From Armatimonadota bacterium (lineage in GTDB: Bacteria > Armatimonadota > Hebobacteria > CAIYQO01), in assembly GCA_038248345.1 (NCBI GenBank), contig JBBRXO010000001.1:32001-96000 (forward strand): DNA of 64,000 bases, read 5' to 3'. Under the pieces are notes generated by a model. That model searched no databases. It was not told where the DNA came from and saw nothing but the letters and a program-made list of their open reading frames with translations. The translations under genes were made by a program, and so were the position numbers. This document shows, piece by piece, positions 19,189 through 28,862 of the stretch (the stretch's first letter is position 1; every line of letters begins with the position of its first letter).

Positions 19189-20394
19189 TCAGGCATCTTC
19201 CGGCGATATTTGCTTTGCTGCTATTTCGCCAAGGATCGTATCAGCTACCTCGTAAATAGCATCAGTATTCTTAATCCGCTTCATCTGCTGCTTCATCTGC
19301 TGATAGGAGTCGGAATTATTGAGCAATTTCGCGACCAGCCCGGGCAGTTCTTTATAGCTGGTATATGCCTGCGCTACCCCTTCGCGCACGGCAAATTGCA
19401 GATTGCCCAGTTCCTGAGGCATGGGGGTAGATACGTGGTCGAGTAGCATCGGTAATTCCTTGATTACCGCCTCCATGATAAAGCCGGGGCCGGGTTTGGC
19501 GATCATCATATCTGCCGCCGTCATCAACTTGGCAACTTTGCGCGTGAAACCATAGACGCGCATACGCCCGCCCGAGCAGCGCGAGAGTAGTCGCATCTTG
19601 CGCTCCAGGCTCTTATTCATACCGCAAATTACCAATAATTGCATGGGGAGATCACTCTGCAATAACTCTTTCACCGCGGCCTTAGTTTTGCGCGGGATAG
19701 CCATGCCCCCCATTGAAATCAATATCGTAAAGATGTCCGGTTTCAACCGAAGTTCCTGCCGACACTCAGCTTTTGTGGTAGTATCCATAAAAAAGGCTGG
19801 CCCCACGGCAAATCCGGGATGTACGACTATTTTCTCTTCCGGCACGCCAAAGGTAATCATCTGCGCTTTAGCCATATCGGTGAAAGTTATGATCTTTGTT
19901 GCCTCGGCATTGGCCCAGCCTTTGAGGAAATTATTGGTCAGATCAGTGCAGACAATGACGTAGGGCACGCGCCCATACCAGCCCAGCTCTTTGAATGCCT
20001 TGAGTAGCGCATGATTGACAATTGGATGAACAGATACCACGATATCCGGTGCTTCTGCCTGCAACGCTTTGACAATATTTTTAATTGCATTAGGGAAGAA
20101 TGGCATGATCGCTTTTTCCGCATGCAGTGCATTCAGCAACGTCATTCCCGGACGGGCATAACGTGGGCTGGCTTTAAGCATCAGGTTATAGCTGTCGTAG
20201 AGCATCGTTACCGGCTTGCTTCCACTGGCTACTGCGATGTTGAACAGGGATATTTCATACTTCCCGGGGTGACGCTCATTTATCGCCGCTTCGATGGCCC
20301 GTGCCGCGCTCAAATGACCACCGCCGGTATTGGCGTACACTAATACAATCTTTTTCTTCTTTATTGCTGTCAGCTCTGAAGTAATCTCTGTCAT
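19189..20394 (-). CDS. MGDG synthase / UgtP-like diacylglycerol glycosyltransferase (GT28)
   Basis: TGGGHLSAA, VSVHP, VCTD, ICGMN, AKPGPG and PQELGN motifs. Confidence 0.85.
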   Translation of the reverse strand: MTEITSELTAIKKKKIVLVYANTGGGHLSAARAIEAAINERHPGKYEISLFNIAVASGSKPVTMLYDSYNLMLKASPRYARPGMTLLNALHAEKAIMPFFPNAIKNIVKALQAEAPDIVVSVHPIVNHALLKAFKELGWYGRVPYVIVCTDLTNNFLKGWANAEATKIITFTDMAKAQMITFGVPEEKIVVHPGFAVGPAFFMDTTTKAECRQELRLKPDIFTILISMGGMAIPRKTKAAVKELLQSDLPMQLLVICGMNKSLERKMRLLSRCSGGRMRVYGFTRKVAKLMTAADMMIAKPGPGFIMEAVIKELPMLLDHVSTPMPQELGNLQFAVREGVAQAYTSYKELPGLVAKLLNNSDSYQQMKQQMKRIKNTDAIYEVADTILGEIAAKQISPEDA

Positions 20395-20446
20395 TTCAAC
20401 TTTACCTTCATAGGTATCAGTAATTGCATAACATATTGAATTCAGA

Positions 20447-20598
20447 CCTGGGGCGGTGCCCCAGGCTATCGAATGTTTGCCCTTCAGGCAAAGTCCGATC
20501 CGATAAATATAATTTTTACAGCCTCAAAGCAAGCATGTTATGCACAATATACCATTCCATTGTGATTGCCTGAAGGGCAATAGGTCGATAGCCTAGGG
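20447..20598. repeat. REP-like inverted repeat pair
   Basis: CCTGGGGCGGTGCCCCAGGCTATCGA..TTGCCCTTCAGGCAA and its inverted copy TTGCCTGAAGGGCAA..TCGATAGCCTAGGG. A related TTGCCCTGAAGGGCAA lies near 52876-52891. Confidence 0.65.
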
Positions 20599-20674
20599 AC
20601 TGATTGGATGCGAAACATTAAACCTAAGGGTTTTACAACTAGCTCTTTCATAGAATTTTACCCGATAATACACT

Positions 20675-20708
20675 AACGCGCGCGGCAGATATGGCTACCG
20701 CGCGCGTT
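20675..20708 (-). terminator. Hairpin downstream of the HEAT-repeat gene (probable terminator)
   Basis: AACGCGCGCGG / CCGCGCGCGTT stem about 20 nt past the stop codon. Confidence 0.55.
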
Positions 20709-20729
20709 GAGATTCATGCCTTAGAAATA

Positions 20730-22190
20730 CTATTTTTTTATCCCGGCATGTAATGCATAATATAACAATGCTTCCCGAGCCGCCATGGCCAGGGTGGCAT
20801 TACTCCCGGTTGCCAACACGCGCAAGCTATTACGCCGCGTCTGGGAGGCAAGGCGCGCCAAGCGAGCTGATGCTGATATTGCCGCTGCGCGCACATTGTC
20901 CGGCTGTGACTTGTCATCGGATACGGCCACACTCCAGATAGTCTGGGGGATATTCATCGCTGGATTCAGTGTCGGCTGCATGGCACACCACCTTATCGCC
21001 GCAATTCGTACTCTTTCGGTGGTATTGGTATTGCGGATCAAAAGCAACATCTGCTGTTGCAATTTAGTCTGGGCACCATCACTAATGACATTAAGACTCT
21101 TCATTGCCGCCAGTTGTTCAGCTTCATTACCATTGAGTGATTCCATAACATATGCCTGACTGGTATCAGTTTCTAATCCACCCAGCGCCTGTATGGCCAA
21201 TGGGTCTTTCTTCATCAACATCTGGTAAATATTAATTCCGCCCGCCATGTCACCCGCCGAGCCGAGAGCCAAAGAAGCGCGGGTACGAGTGGTAGCATTG
21301 GGGAAACGTAATTGCGGGGTGAAGCGAATCGATATCTCACTCGAAGCGCCCAGTTTATCCAGCGCACGGGCCAAATATACTGTCTGTTCGGTGTCTGCAT
21401 TATCCATTGCTTTCAACAGGTCAGGAACAATGCGAGTATCGCCCAAATCACCCACCACTTCGATAGCGGTGTTCGCTAATTTCCTGTTATCACTTTTGAT
21501 CACCAGCATGAGCGCATTAAGTAAGGATTTGTCGCCGATGACGCGTGCCATGTTGACGGCATCAATCAGGTTAGTAATATGATCCGGGGTCGCTTTGGCA
21601 TCAGTCAGGTTACCCTGCGTTACCGGGTCGTTGAGCAATACCCCTTGCAACAAACCTTTTGCGCGCTGATCGCCCGCTTCAGTGAGGGCGAGCAAGGAAC
21701 GAAATTGCCCATCTCGATACTGCTGCATGAGCACAGACTGCTCAATCTGCGCGAGGAGTATCCTATCCTCTTCGAACCAGTAGGTGGCCCAAGTATGATA
21801 AGCCTTCTCGGCATCCAGATATTTCCCATCGGCCAGCAATGCGCGAATCTCAACTTTTGTCATGATCGTATGTTTCTGCGCGACGATTACCGTGGGAGTT
21901 TTGACGGGAGGGAGTTTAACAACCCCCGGCGGGGTGCCGGTACCTGCTGGTGGCTGTGTAGTTACGGGAGTGCCACCCCACCCTGTAGGGTCTACCACTG
22001 GATTGGTGGAAGGATCGACTACCACTGGTTCCACAACAGGTGTTTCTACCACCGGATCCACAACCGGTGTTACTATTTCCACCGGATCAGCAGTAACGTC
22101 AGCGGTAACATCCTGGGCCAAGACACCAGAACTCGCCAAAAAGCTCGCTAGTCCGAGCACCATACACCAACCGGTAATTCTCTTTGACAT
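20730..22190 (-). CDS. Exported HEAT-repeat protein
   Basis: Signal peptide (VLA-Q), a P/V/T-rich linker, then HEAT-like units (AIEVVGDLGD, LARALDKLG, RASLALG, VRAAAI). Confidence 0.7.
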   Translation of the reverse strand: MSKRITGWCMVLGLASFLASSGVLAQDVTADVTADPVEIVTPVVDPVVETPVVEPVVVDPSTNPVVDPTGWGGTPVTTQPPAGTGTPPGVVKLPPVKTPTVIVAQKHTIMTKVEIRALLADGKYLDAEKAYHTWATYWFEEDRILLAQIEQSVLMQQYRDGQFRSLLALTEAGDQRAKGLLQGVLLNDPVTQGNLTDAKATPDHITNLIDAVNMARVIGDKSLLNALMLVIKSDNRKLANTAIEVVGDLGDTRIVPDLLKAMDNADTEQTVYLARALDKLGASSEISIRFTPQLRFPNATTRTRASLALGSAGDMAGGINIYQMLMKKDPLAIQALGGLETDTSQAYVMESLNGNEAEQLAAMKSLNVISDGAQTKLQQQMLLLIRNTNTTERVRIAAIRWCAMQPTLNPAMNIPQTIWSVAVSDDKSQPDNVRAAAISASARLARLASQTRRNSLRVLATGSNATLAMAAREALLYYALHAGIKK

Positions 22191-22314
22191 GAGATAATCT
22201 CCTTGTGTCTGTATTTACTATCTAAAATCTATTTACGACGTGAGCCGTGTATTTTCCTTCATCAGGAAGAATATTTACATATTATACACTTTTGGGATGT
22301 TTTTGACCAAAGTG

Positions 22315-25300
22315 TTACTCACAGACCGGAGCCGCAGGGCATTGCTCCCGATATGGGCACCGGGTGCAGATATGACCCGGCGTAGGATGGTAATCCTCGG
22401 CACGGATTCCGGAGGCGGCGCTCCGCATTATCCCGCGTGCCTCCTGCAACATCTCCGCTGTCACCGGGTAATCCCGTACTTTGCATGTTGCCTCCTCACC
22501 TTCCAGAAATATCAATGATACCGTGGTGGGGGTTACCCCCAGGCAACGCTGTACCCCCAGCGCATAACTTCCCACCTGGCGGTAGAAATGCGCGGAAGGG
22601 TAGCCAGTTTTATAGTCGTATATACGCCACTCGCCCGCACTCTTTGCCAGTACATCAATGATACCAGGGATGTAGGCATCACCTTCCCGCATGAGGAAAC
22701 GTTGTTCACGCAGTAGTTGGGCGCTTGCCAGCTGATCGTATACTGGTGAAGCATTTAACCGCAACAACATCGCCGAAAGCTTGGTACACTCCATCTCAGA
22801 CGCCTCCCGTTTATCCTCACGTTCAATAAATGCGAGGATACCCTCCAATTGCGCTGCTGCAGGAGAGGGGAATTCCAGTAATTGCAGCACCCGGTGCGCC
22901 AGCTTTCCGTACTCTGTGTGGTCAAAATCCTCCGGTTCCTTTTCACTGGCCTTGATCTCCTCCACCACCGGGGGCAAGCTGGTGCGCGCCATCGCTCCCT
23001 GGCGGTCGAGCAGGTAACGGTACCAATATTGCCGGGGACAATCGTGGTAGCCCAGCGCCTTGTTTACCCCCACGCGCAGCGGGCCATTTTGTTTCTCCAA
23101 CGATAGCGGCTGTGTCCGTGCATATACCTGCTCATATTGGGCCAGCTTGTCATACGAGAGTATCACCGGCAGTACATCACCTGCGAGGATAACATCGGCA
23201 TAATCATCCCACAGCGTAGGCTCTAATAAAGGAGGAACCAGCTCTATCGTTTCCCGCAAGGTGGTCTGGCCCCACAGATGTATCGACCATTGCTTCCCTT
23301 CAAAGGTTACCTGCAGTACCGTATCGCATTCCGTTGGCTCCTCAACCCCCAGCGCCATTTTGAGTAGATTAATATAGCAGGAGGTGCCCTCTTTCTTTAC
23401 CCAGTTGCCACTAATGATCAGCTGTTCCTTCGCCCGGGTCATCGCCACGTAGAGCAGTCGCTCCTCTTCACGCTTCTCCAGTTCTGTTCGCCGTTTAAAT
23501 TCCTCATCATAGTGTGCCGGTGACTTCATCTCATCATCAGGAGTGGGAATCTTCGCCGTTACTTTTCCATCATGTGTCAACAGGAAGACATCCGTACAAT
23601 TGCGCTTCGCCCGCCCGGCATCTGCCAGGAAGACTACCGACGCCTCCAACCCCTTGGCCGCGTGAACGGTCATCAAGCGCACCACGTTGCTGCCCTCCAC
23701 ATCCAGCGGGGCAGACGCCTCGCGTGGGCTGACTGTGCTTATCTGCGTAAGATAACTCTGGAAAGCGGACAAGTCGAATATCCCACGCGATTGGAAATTT
23801 GCAGCGATATCGCGCAGCTTCTGCACATTGGCATAGCGCTGCTCGCCCCCCTCCCCCGCCAGCAATACCTCGCCATATCTTGTACGCGCTAAAATTATAT
23901 CCAGCAGATCCAACGGCTGCCCAGCGGACTGCGCTGACTGGAGTTCACAAACCAACGCCTGAAACTTCACCAGCGCCCGGGCATCTCCTGCTTCAATGGC
24001 CGGTAGCTCATTAACACGAATAATATGCTCCCAGAGCCGCCCAAAGGGCCGCCCTTGTGGAGTATCCTGCGGATAAGCACAGCCCAATTCCCACTCAGTC
24101 CAGTCGCGGCTCAGCCAGTAGAGCGTCTCGGCGGATACCCCTACCAGCGGAGAGCGGAGCACCTCCGCCATGGTGGAGTCATCACTAGTGTTGTCCAGCA
24201 CGCGCAGTAGCGCCAGCAGATCCTGCACCTCGCGCGACTGATAATAACCCTTGCCGCGCACGGTGTAATACGGGATACCCGTCTCACGGAGTGCGCGTTC
24301 GTAAATATCAATATTGCTGGCGGAGCGGAAGAGCATGATCACATCGCGATAATCTGTTGAAACTGCGGTAAGTTCACCTTGTTCTTCCGCTCTCCCCGTC
24401 AATTGTAACGGCTGCGCGCCGATTCTGCCGGTAATTTGCAATATCCGCCGCGCAATCCACGCCGCTTCCCGCTCGCGCATCATCTCGGCTGATTCCTTAT
24501 CTTCGGCGGCGAACCACGCTAACTCCACTGCCGGTTCATCTTTGGTATTAAACGCCGCCCCAGCATCCAGCGCCTCATAATGGAATCCTTCCCCCAGTGC
24601 CTGCTCGCGCCATATCGACGAGAAGATGGCGTTGATTGGCTCCAATACCTCCGGGCGTGAGCGATAGTTGGTGTGCATCGCTACCCGCAGCGCCTTGTCA
24701 TCCGGCTGTTTTAGCACATTTTGCTCGTGCCCGAGGAAGACGCTGATGTCGCTGCCGATGAAGCCGTAAATCGCCTGCTTCACGTCCCCGACCACGAACA
24801 GATTGCCGACACCACTCAACGCACGCACGATATCGAACTGCAGTGGGTTGGTGTCCTGGAATTCATCCACCATTACCTGTCGATATTTTCCCTGCAGGTA
24901 GGTGCGCGTGTCATCGTCTGTCTGCAGCAGTTTCCGCGTCAGCAACAGCAGGTCCTCAAAATCCAGCAGCCCCTGCTCTTCTTTAGCATAATTGAAGATA
25001 TCAGCAAAACGCTGTAGCAGTACGGTAAAGGCGGTGAGGTATCCAGTTGCCAGCACACTGAGCATCGCCGCCAGCCACTCACCGTAGGCTATCTTTAATG
25101 CGTCACGGCGCTCTTTGGCAGTATCCTTGGGCCCACCAGTGCCGGTAAAGGCCGACAACGCCTGCGATGCTCTGCTGTACTCGTCCCAGGATATCTCCTC
25201 AGCAGAAGTATTAAACAAAGACTCCAGCGATGCCAACGCCACTGCCATCTCGCGCTTTTTTGCTTCCCAATTCGGGGTACCCGAAAGCGCCAGATAATCC

Positions 25301-25902
25301 TCAATGCTTTTTTTTGCGTTCATAGCAGCAATAACTGGCGAAATCACCGTATCGGGAGTGATGGAAGCGATCTCCAAACCACGTGTGCGGGCATTGCGAT
25401 AGATGTTCAACAGCCCGGCGCGCAGGTCATCCTGCCGGTAATCAAGCAGCAAGCGACCTAGCTCCATCTTCTCAAACGGGTCGTTACTCTCCCACAGATC
25501 ATTGAATACCTGGTCGAGGGATTCCTCCTGCAAAGTCTGTGTCTCGGCATCATCCAACAGGGTGAAGTTTGGGTCTACTCCCGCCCGCATGGCGTGTTCG
25601 CGGAGCAAGCGCTCGCAGAAGGCATGCAGTGTGCCGATAGGGGCGCGCGGGAGTTTGCGGCGTTCTGCAATGCGTCCGTCTGCTTCCAGCCGCCGGGCTA
25701 TTCGCTCGCGCATCTCCTGCGCCGCTTTGCGCGTAAAGGTGAGCGTGAGTATCTGGTCGGTGGTGAGCTTATCCCCTTCCAACAGACGAAAGTACCGCTC
25801 GGTAAGCACGCGCGTCTTGCCTGACCCCGCCCCGGCAGAGACGAGGATCATCGGGACATGCGCGCCTATCGCAGCTACCTGTGCATCGTTGTAATTGGGC
25901 AT
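22315..25902 (-). CDS. addA: AddA-like UvrD helicase with a C-terminal PD-(D/E)xK nuclease
   Basis: AGAGSGKT, VDEFQDTN, VGDVKQAIY, NYRS, MTVHAAKGLE and YVAMTRA helicase motifs; nuclease GIID...DYKTG. Confidence 0.8.
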   Translation of the reverse strand: MPNYNDAQVAAIGAHVPMILVSAGAGSGKTRVLTERYFRLLEGDKLTTDQILTLTFTRKAAQEMRERIARRLEADGRIAERRKLPRAPIGTLHAFCERLLREHAMRAGVDPNFTLLDDAETQTLQEESLDQVFNDLWESNDPFEKMELGRLLLDYRQDDLRAGLLNIYRNARTRGLEIASITPDTVISPVIAAMNAKKSIEDYLALSGTPNWEAKKREMAVALASLESLFNTSAEEISWDEYSRASQALSAFTGTGGPKDTAKERRDALKIAYGEWLAAMLSVLATGYLTAFTVLLQRFADIFNYAKEEQGLLDFEDLLLLTRKLLQTDDDTRTYLQGKYRQVMVDEFQDTNPLQFDIVRALSGVGNLFVVGDVKQAIYGFIGSDISVFLGHEQNVLKQPDDKALRVAMHTNYRSRPEVLEPINAIFSSIWREQALGEGFHYEALDAGAAFNTKDEPAVELAWFAAEDKESAEMMREREAAWIARRILQITGRIGAQPLQLTGRAEEQGELTAVSTDYRDVIMLFRSASNIDIYERALRETGIPYYTVRGKGYYQSREVQDLLALLRVLDNTSDDSTMAEVLRSPLVGVSAETLYWLSRDWTEWELGCAYPQDTPQGRPFGRLWEHIIRVNELPAIEAGDARALVKFQALVCELQSAQSAGQPLDLLDIILARTRYGEVLLAGEGGEQRYANVQKLRDIAANFQSRGIFDLSAFQSYLTQISTVSPREASAPLDVEGSNVVRLMTVHAAKGLEASVVFLADAGRAKRNCTDVFLLTHDGKVTAKIPTPDDEMKSPAHYDEEFKRRTELEKREEERLLYVAMTRAKEQLIISGNWVKKEGTSCYINLLKMALGVEEPTECDTVLQVTFEGKQWSIHLWGQTTLRETIELVPPLLEPTLWDDYADVILAGDVLPVILSYDKLAQYEQVYARTQPLSLEKQNGPLRVGVNKALGYHDCPRQYWYRYLLDRQGAMARTSLPPVVEEIKASEKEPEDFDHTEYGKLAHRVLQLLEFPSPAAAQLEGILAFIEREDKREASEMECTKLSAMLLRLNASPVYDQLASAQLLREQRFLMREGDAYIPGIIDVLAKSAGEWRIYDYKTGYPSAHFYRQVGSYALGVQRCLGVTPTTVSLIFLEGEEATCKVRDYPVTAEMLQEARGIMRSAASGIRAEDYHPTPGHICTRCPYREQCPAAPVCE

Positions 25903-25917
25903 ATATTACTTACTCAC

Positions 25918-26520
25918 TCAGCTCAATCCCAATTGTGCTGCCGTTATCGGCCCGGGCCGCAGAATACATGGTGGTTCTACTGCACAGTTCAGCACGGTGG
26001 AGGCCATGCCACCGGGGCAGGTGCCGCCATCGAGGATGTAGTCAACATCATCACCCAGCTCCTCGGCGACCCAGGTGGCGTTATCGGGCGCGGGGCTGCC
26101 GCTTCGATTAGCGCTGGTGGTTGCCAACGGGCGGGCGGCCAGGTGCAGCAACTCGCGGGCGATGTTATGGTCGGGGATGCGCAGGCCCACAGTGCTACCC
26201 CCTCCCAATACCAGCTCTGGTAGTTCCGGGCGTGCGGGAAGGATAATTGTAAGCGCCCCGGGCCAGAATTTCTCCATCATCTCTAATGCATAGGGCGTGG
26301 CGCTGGCCGCCGCCAGGCTCCATTGCGATGCAGCGGCAAGCATGACAATGAGCGGCAGGTGCGCCGGACGCCCTTTGATGGCGTATATCCGTCGCACCGC
26401 CTCTTCATTGCACATATCACACGCCAGACCGTAGACGGTGTCGGTGGGGATCGCCACCACGCCACCATCTCGGACTATGCGCGCTGCTTCTTCAACGGAT
26501 TTTCCGATGTTGTTCGGCAT
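25918..26520 (-). CDS. tsaC: L-threonylcarbamoyladenylate synthase (Sua5/YrdC/TsaC)
   Basis: PTDTVYGL, KGRP, FWPGALT, TSANRSG and LRPGPI motifs. Confidence 0.9.
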   Translation of the reverse strand: MPNNIGKSVEEAARIVRDGGVVAIPTDTVYGLACDMCNEEAVRRIYAIKGRPAHLPLIVMLAAASQWSLAAASATPYALEMMEKFWPGALTIILPARPELPELVLGGGSTVGLRIPDHNIARELLHLAARPLATTSANRSGSPAPDNATWVAEELGDDVDYILDGGTCPGGMASTVLNCAVEPPCILRPGPITAAQLGLS

Positions 26521-26527
26521 TTACCTT

Positions 26528-27490
26528 CTACGCCCAGTACGCCGCACCGGGCTGCTCACTGATAATGCAGTTCTTCACGAACCATACTGCTTTGCGGAAG
26601 CCTTCGTCGATACTCATCAGGCTATCTTCATGCTCGATGGAGAGTGCGCCGTCATAGCCCACCATACGCAGGTTGCTGACGATATCCTTCCAAATGGTGG
26701 CAGGATGTCCATAACCAGCAGTGCGGAAGACCCAGGAACGATGAATTTCATCGGCATAGTTCTTCGTATCGAGGACACCATTAGTCAAACAATTGATATC
26801 GTCGATTTTGCAGTCCTTCACATGGAAGTGGAAGATACAATCGCCCAGGGCACGGATGGCGTAGACCGGGTCAACGCCCTGCCAGAAGAGATGACTGGGA
26901 TCGAAGTTAACGCCAATGTTCTTACCGCAGGCATTGCGCAGACGTAACGCCGTCTCGGCGCTGTACACCATAAAGCCGGGATGCATCTCCAGCGCCACGC
27001 GCACGCCCTTTGACTCTAACATGGCATTCTGCTCTTTCCAGTATGGGATAGCGACTTCATTCCACTGGAAATTCAGGATATCGGTGAAGTCATTTGGCCA
27101 CGGACAGGTTACCCAATTGGGATACTTCGCCCCAAGCTGGTCACCCGGGCAACCTGAGAAGGTTACTACGGTGTCGATCCCAAGCATGGAAGCCAGCTCC
27201 ACCGTCTTTACAAAGACATCATGGTCTTTCTTTGCTAATTCTACATTGGGATGCAACGGGTTACCGTGACAACTCAAGGCGGAAATAGTCAAACCTCGAT
27301 CGGTGATCAATTTATGCCATGCCAACGCCTTGCTCTTGTCGGCAACCAGCTCATCCAATGGGCAATGTGCGCCCCCTGGATATGCGCCGGTGCCGATCTC
27401 AATAGCCTCGCAACCGGTCTCCACAATGTAATCCAGTGCTTTCTCCAACGGTAACTGGCTGAAGAGCACCGCGAATACTCCAACTTTCAT
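26528..27490 (-). CDS. Sugar phosphate isomerase/epimerase (xylose isomerase-like TIM barrel)
   Basis: LEMHP, NFDPSHL, HVKD and SIEHED metal-binding motifs. Confidence 0.85.
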   Translation of the reverse strand: MKVGVFAVLFSQLPLEKALDYIVETGCEAIEIGTGAYPGGAHCPLDELVADKSKALAWHKLITDRGLTISALSCHGNPLHPNVELAKKDHDVFVKTVELASMLGIDTVVTFSGCPGDQLGAKYPNWVTCPWPNDFTDILNFQWNEVAIPYWKEQNAMLESKGVRVALEMHPGFMVYSAETALRLRNACGKNIGVNFDPSHLFWQGVDPVYAIRALGDCIFHFHVKDCKIDDINCLTNGVLDTKNYADEIHRSWVFRTAGYGHPATIWKDIVSNLRMVGYDGALSIEHEDSLMSIDEGFRKAVWFVKNCIISEQPGAAYWA

Positions 27491-27645
27491 TTTTCATCCT
27501 CCCGTATTTTGCCCAAATGAGACTGGGCGTTTATTTCTAGCGTTATTCCATAGTTACCAGCAACACCATACTAAATCCTGCAATTATCTCCTTTTTTGTG
27601 AAACTTTTTCTGATTTACTGGTATAATTTGTTGGTGGTAGAAAAA

Positions 27646-28794
27646 ATGCGACTATCCGCGCTACTGGTTTTAATAATAATAGGCATATCTGTGTGGGCGG
27701 CGGAGAATAAGCCTCCCGCACCCCCGCCAGTTGCGACCCTTACCGCCATGTGGAGCGACGCACAATTTACCGGCATTGAAGAGGTAGAGGCGGAGATTTT
27801 GCGTCTGACTAACGATGCCCGCGCCAGACAGCGTTTACCGGCATTGTCCCTCGATGCTAGATTGCGCGCGGCAGCACGGCAGCATAGCCAGGAGATGGGC
27901 AACAAAAACTATTTTGAGCATAATTCACCGGAGGAGAACTGGCATTCACCCGCGCAACGCTGCTATCTGGCGGGGTTTTGGGGCCAGCTGACGGGAGAAA
28001 ATATCGCCGCTATTCAAATAGCAGGTATCATGACGCCAGCTTGCGAACAATTCCCCACCCCACTGGCAGTGGCGCAACGGCTGGTGGAAAACTGGCTCAA
28101 TTCTCCCCCGCACCGCAAAAATATCATGGATAAAGATTACAAACTACTGGGGGTAGGAGTAACCCTTAAAGATGATCAAGTGTTGGCCACCCAGGAGTTC
28201 GGCAAGGAGCTGGCCACTATTGAAAAGGCAACACTTACCCCCTACACCGGTGAGCAAATTGTTGTTGACTTTAAAATTAAGGCGACAACCGGCGCCGAGA
28301 TAAAACTATGGGTGAATCAATCCTATCGCCAGACCATAATCGCCCCATCGAAGGAGTTCACTGTCTCTACTATGCTCCCACGTCATGCCGGAACTATTCC
28401 TTGTGCGTTTTCCGTGGGCAACATGGCCGCTTTTCAAACTCTGGTTAACACCGATCTCCAACTACCTACGGTAACGTTGGACACCTATTTCGCCGATCCG
28501 GAGATCAGCTTTCAAAAGGGCAGCGTATCAGTGGAACTGGTGACTGGTTTGAAACTGCAGGTTACAGGCCACTTACCGCCGGGGCAAGGGGCTGTAGCTA
28601 TCACCAATTACAAAGAACTGATGCTAAACCTGACCCCTGACCAGACCAATAATATGGACTTCACCCTTGTGCTGCCGCAGAGTAACAAACCCTACCGCAT
28701 CGGCATCTTCCGTGGCAACATCGGAGAATATCTGCTCTTTGTTGATACCAGTAAGCCCCTCATTGAAGCGTTCCAGGGACGCCCGCTGGTGTGA
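27646..28794 (+). CDS. Secreted CAP (SCP) domain protein
   Basis: Signal peptide; TNDARA, AARQHSQEM...YFEH, GENIA and WLNSPPHRKNI motifs. Confidence 0.85.
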   Translation: MRLSALLVLIIIGISVWAAENKPPAPPPVATLTAMWSDAQFTGIEEVEAEILRLTNDARARQRLPALSLDARLRAAARQHSQEMGNKNYFEHNSPEENWHSPAQRCYLAGFWGQLTGENIAAIQIAGIMTPACEQFPTPLAVAQRLVENWLNSPPHRKNIMDKDYKLLGVGVTLKDDQVLATQEFGKELATIEKATLTPYTGEQIVVDFKIKATTGAEIKLWVNQSYRQTIIAPSKEFTVSTMLPRHAGTIPCAFSVGNMAAFQTLVNTDLQLPTVTLDTYFADPEISFQKGSVSVELVTGLKLQVTGHLPPGQGAVAITNYKELMLNLTPDQTNNMDFTLVLPQSNKPYRIGIFRGNIGEYLLFVDTSKPLIEAFQGRPLV

Positions 28795-28862
28795 TAGCGC
28801 ACACAAAACGACCGCCCCACACTAAAGCATGAAGGCGGCCGTGTCATCTCCACGATACTGGA

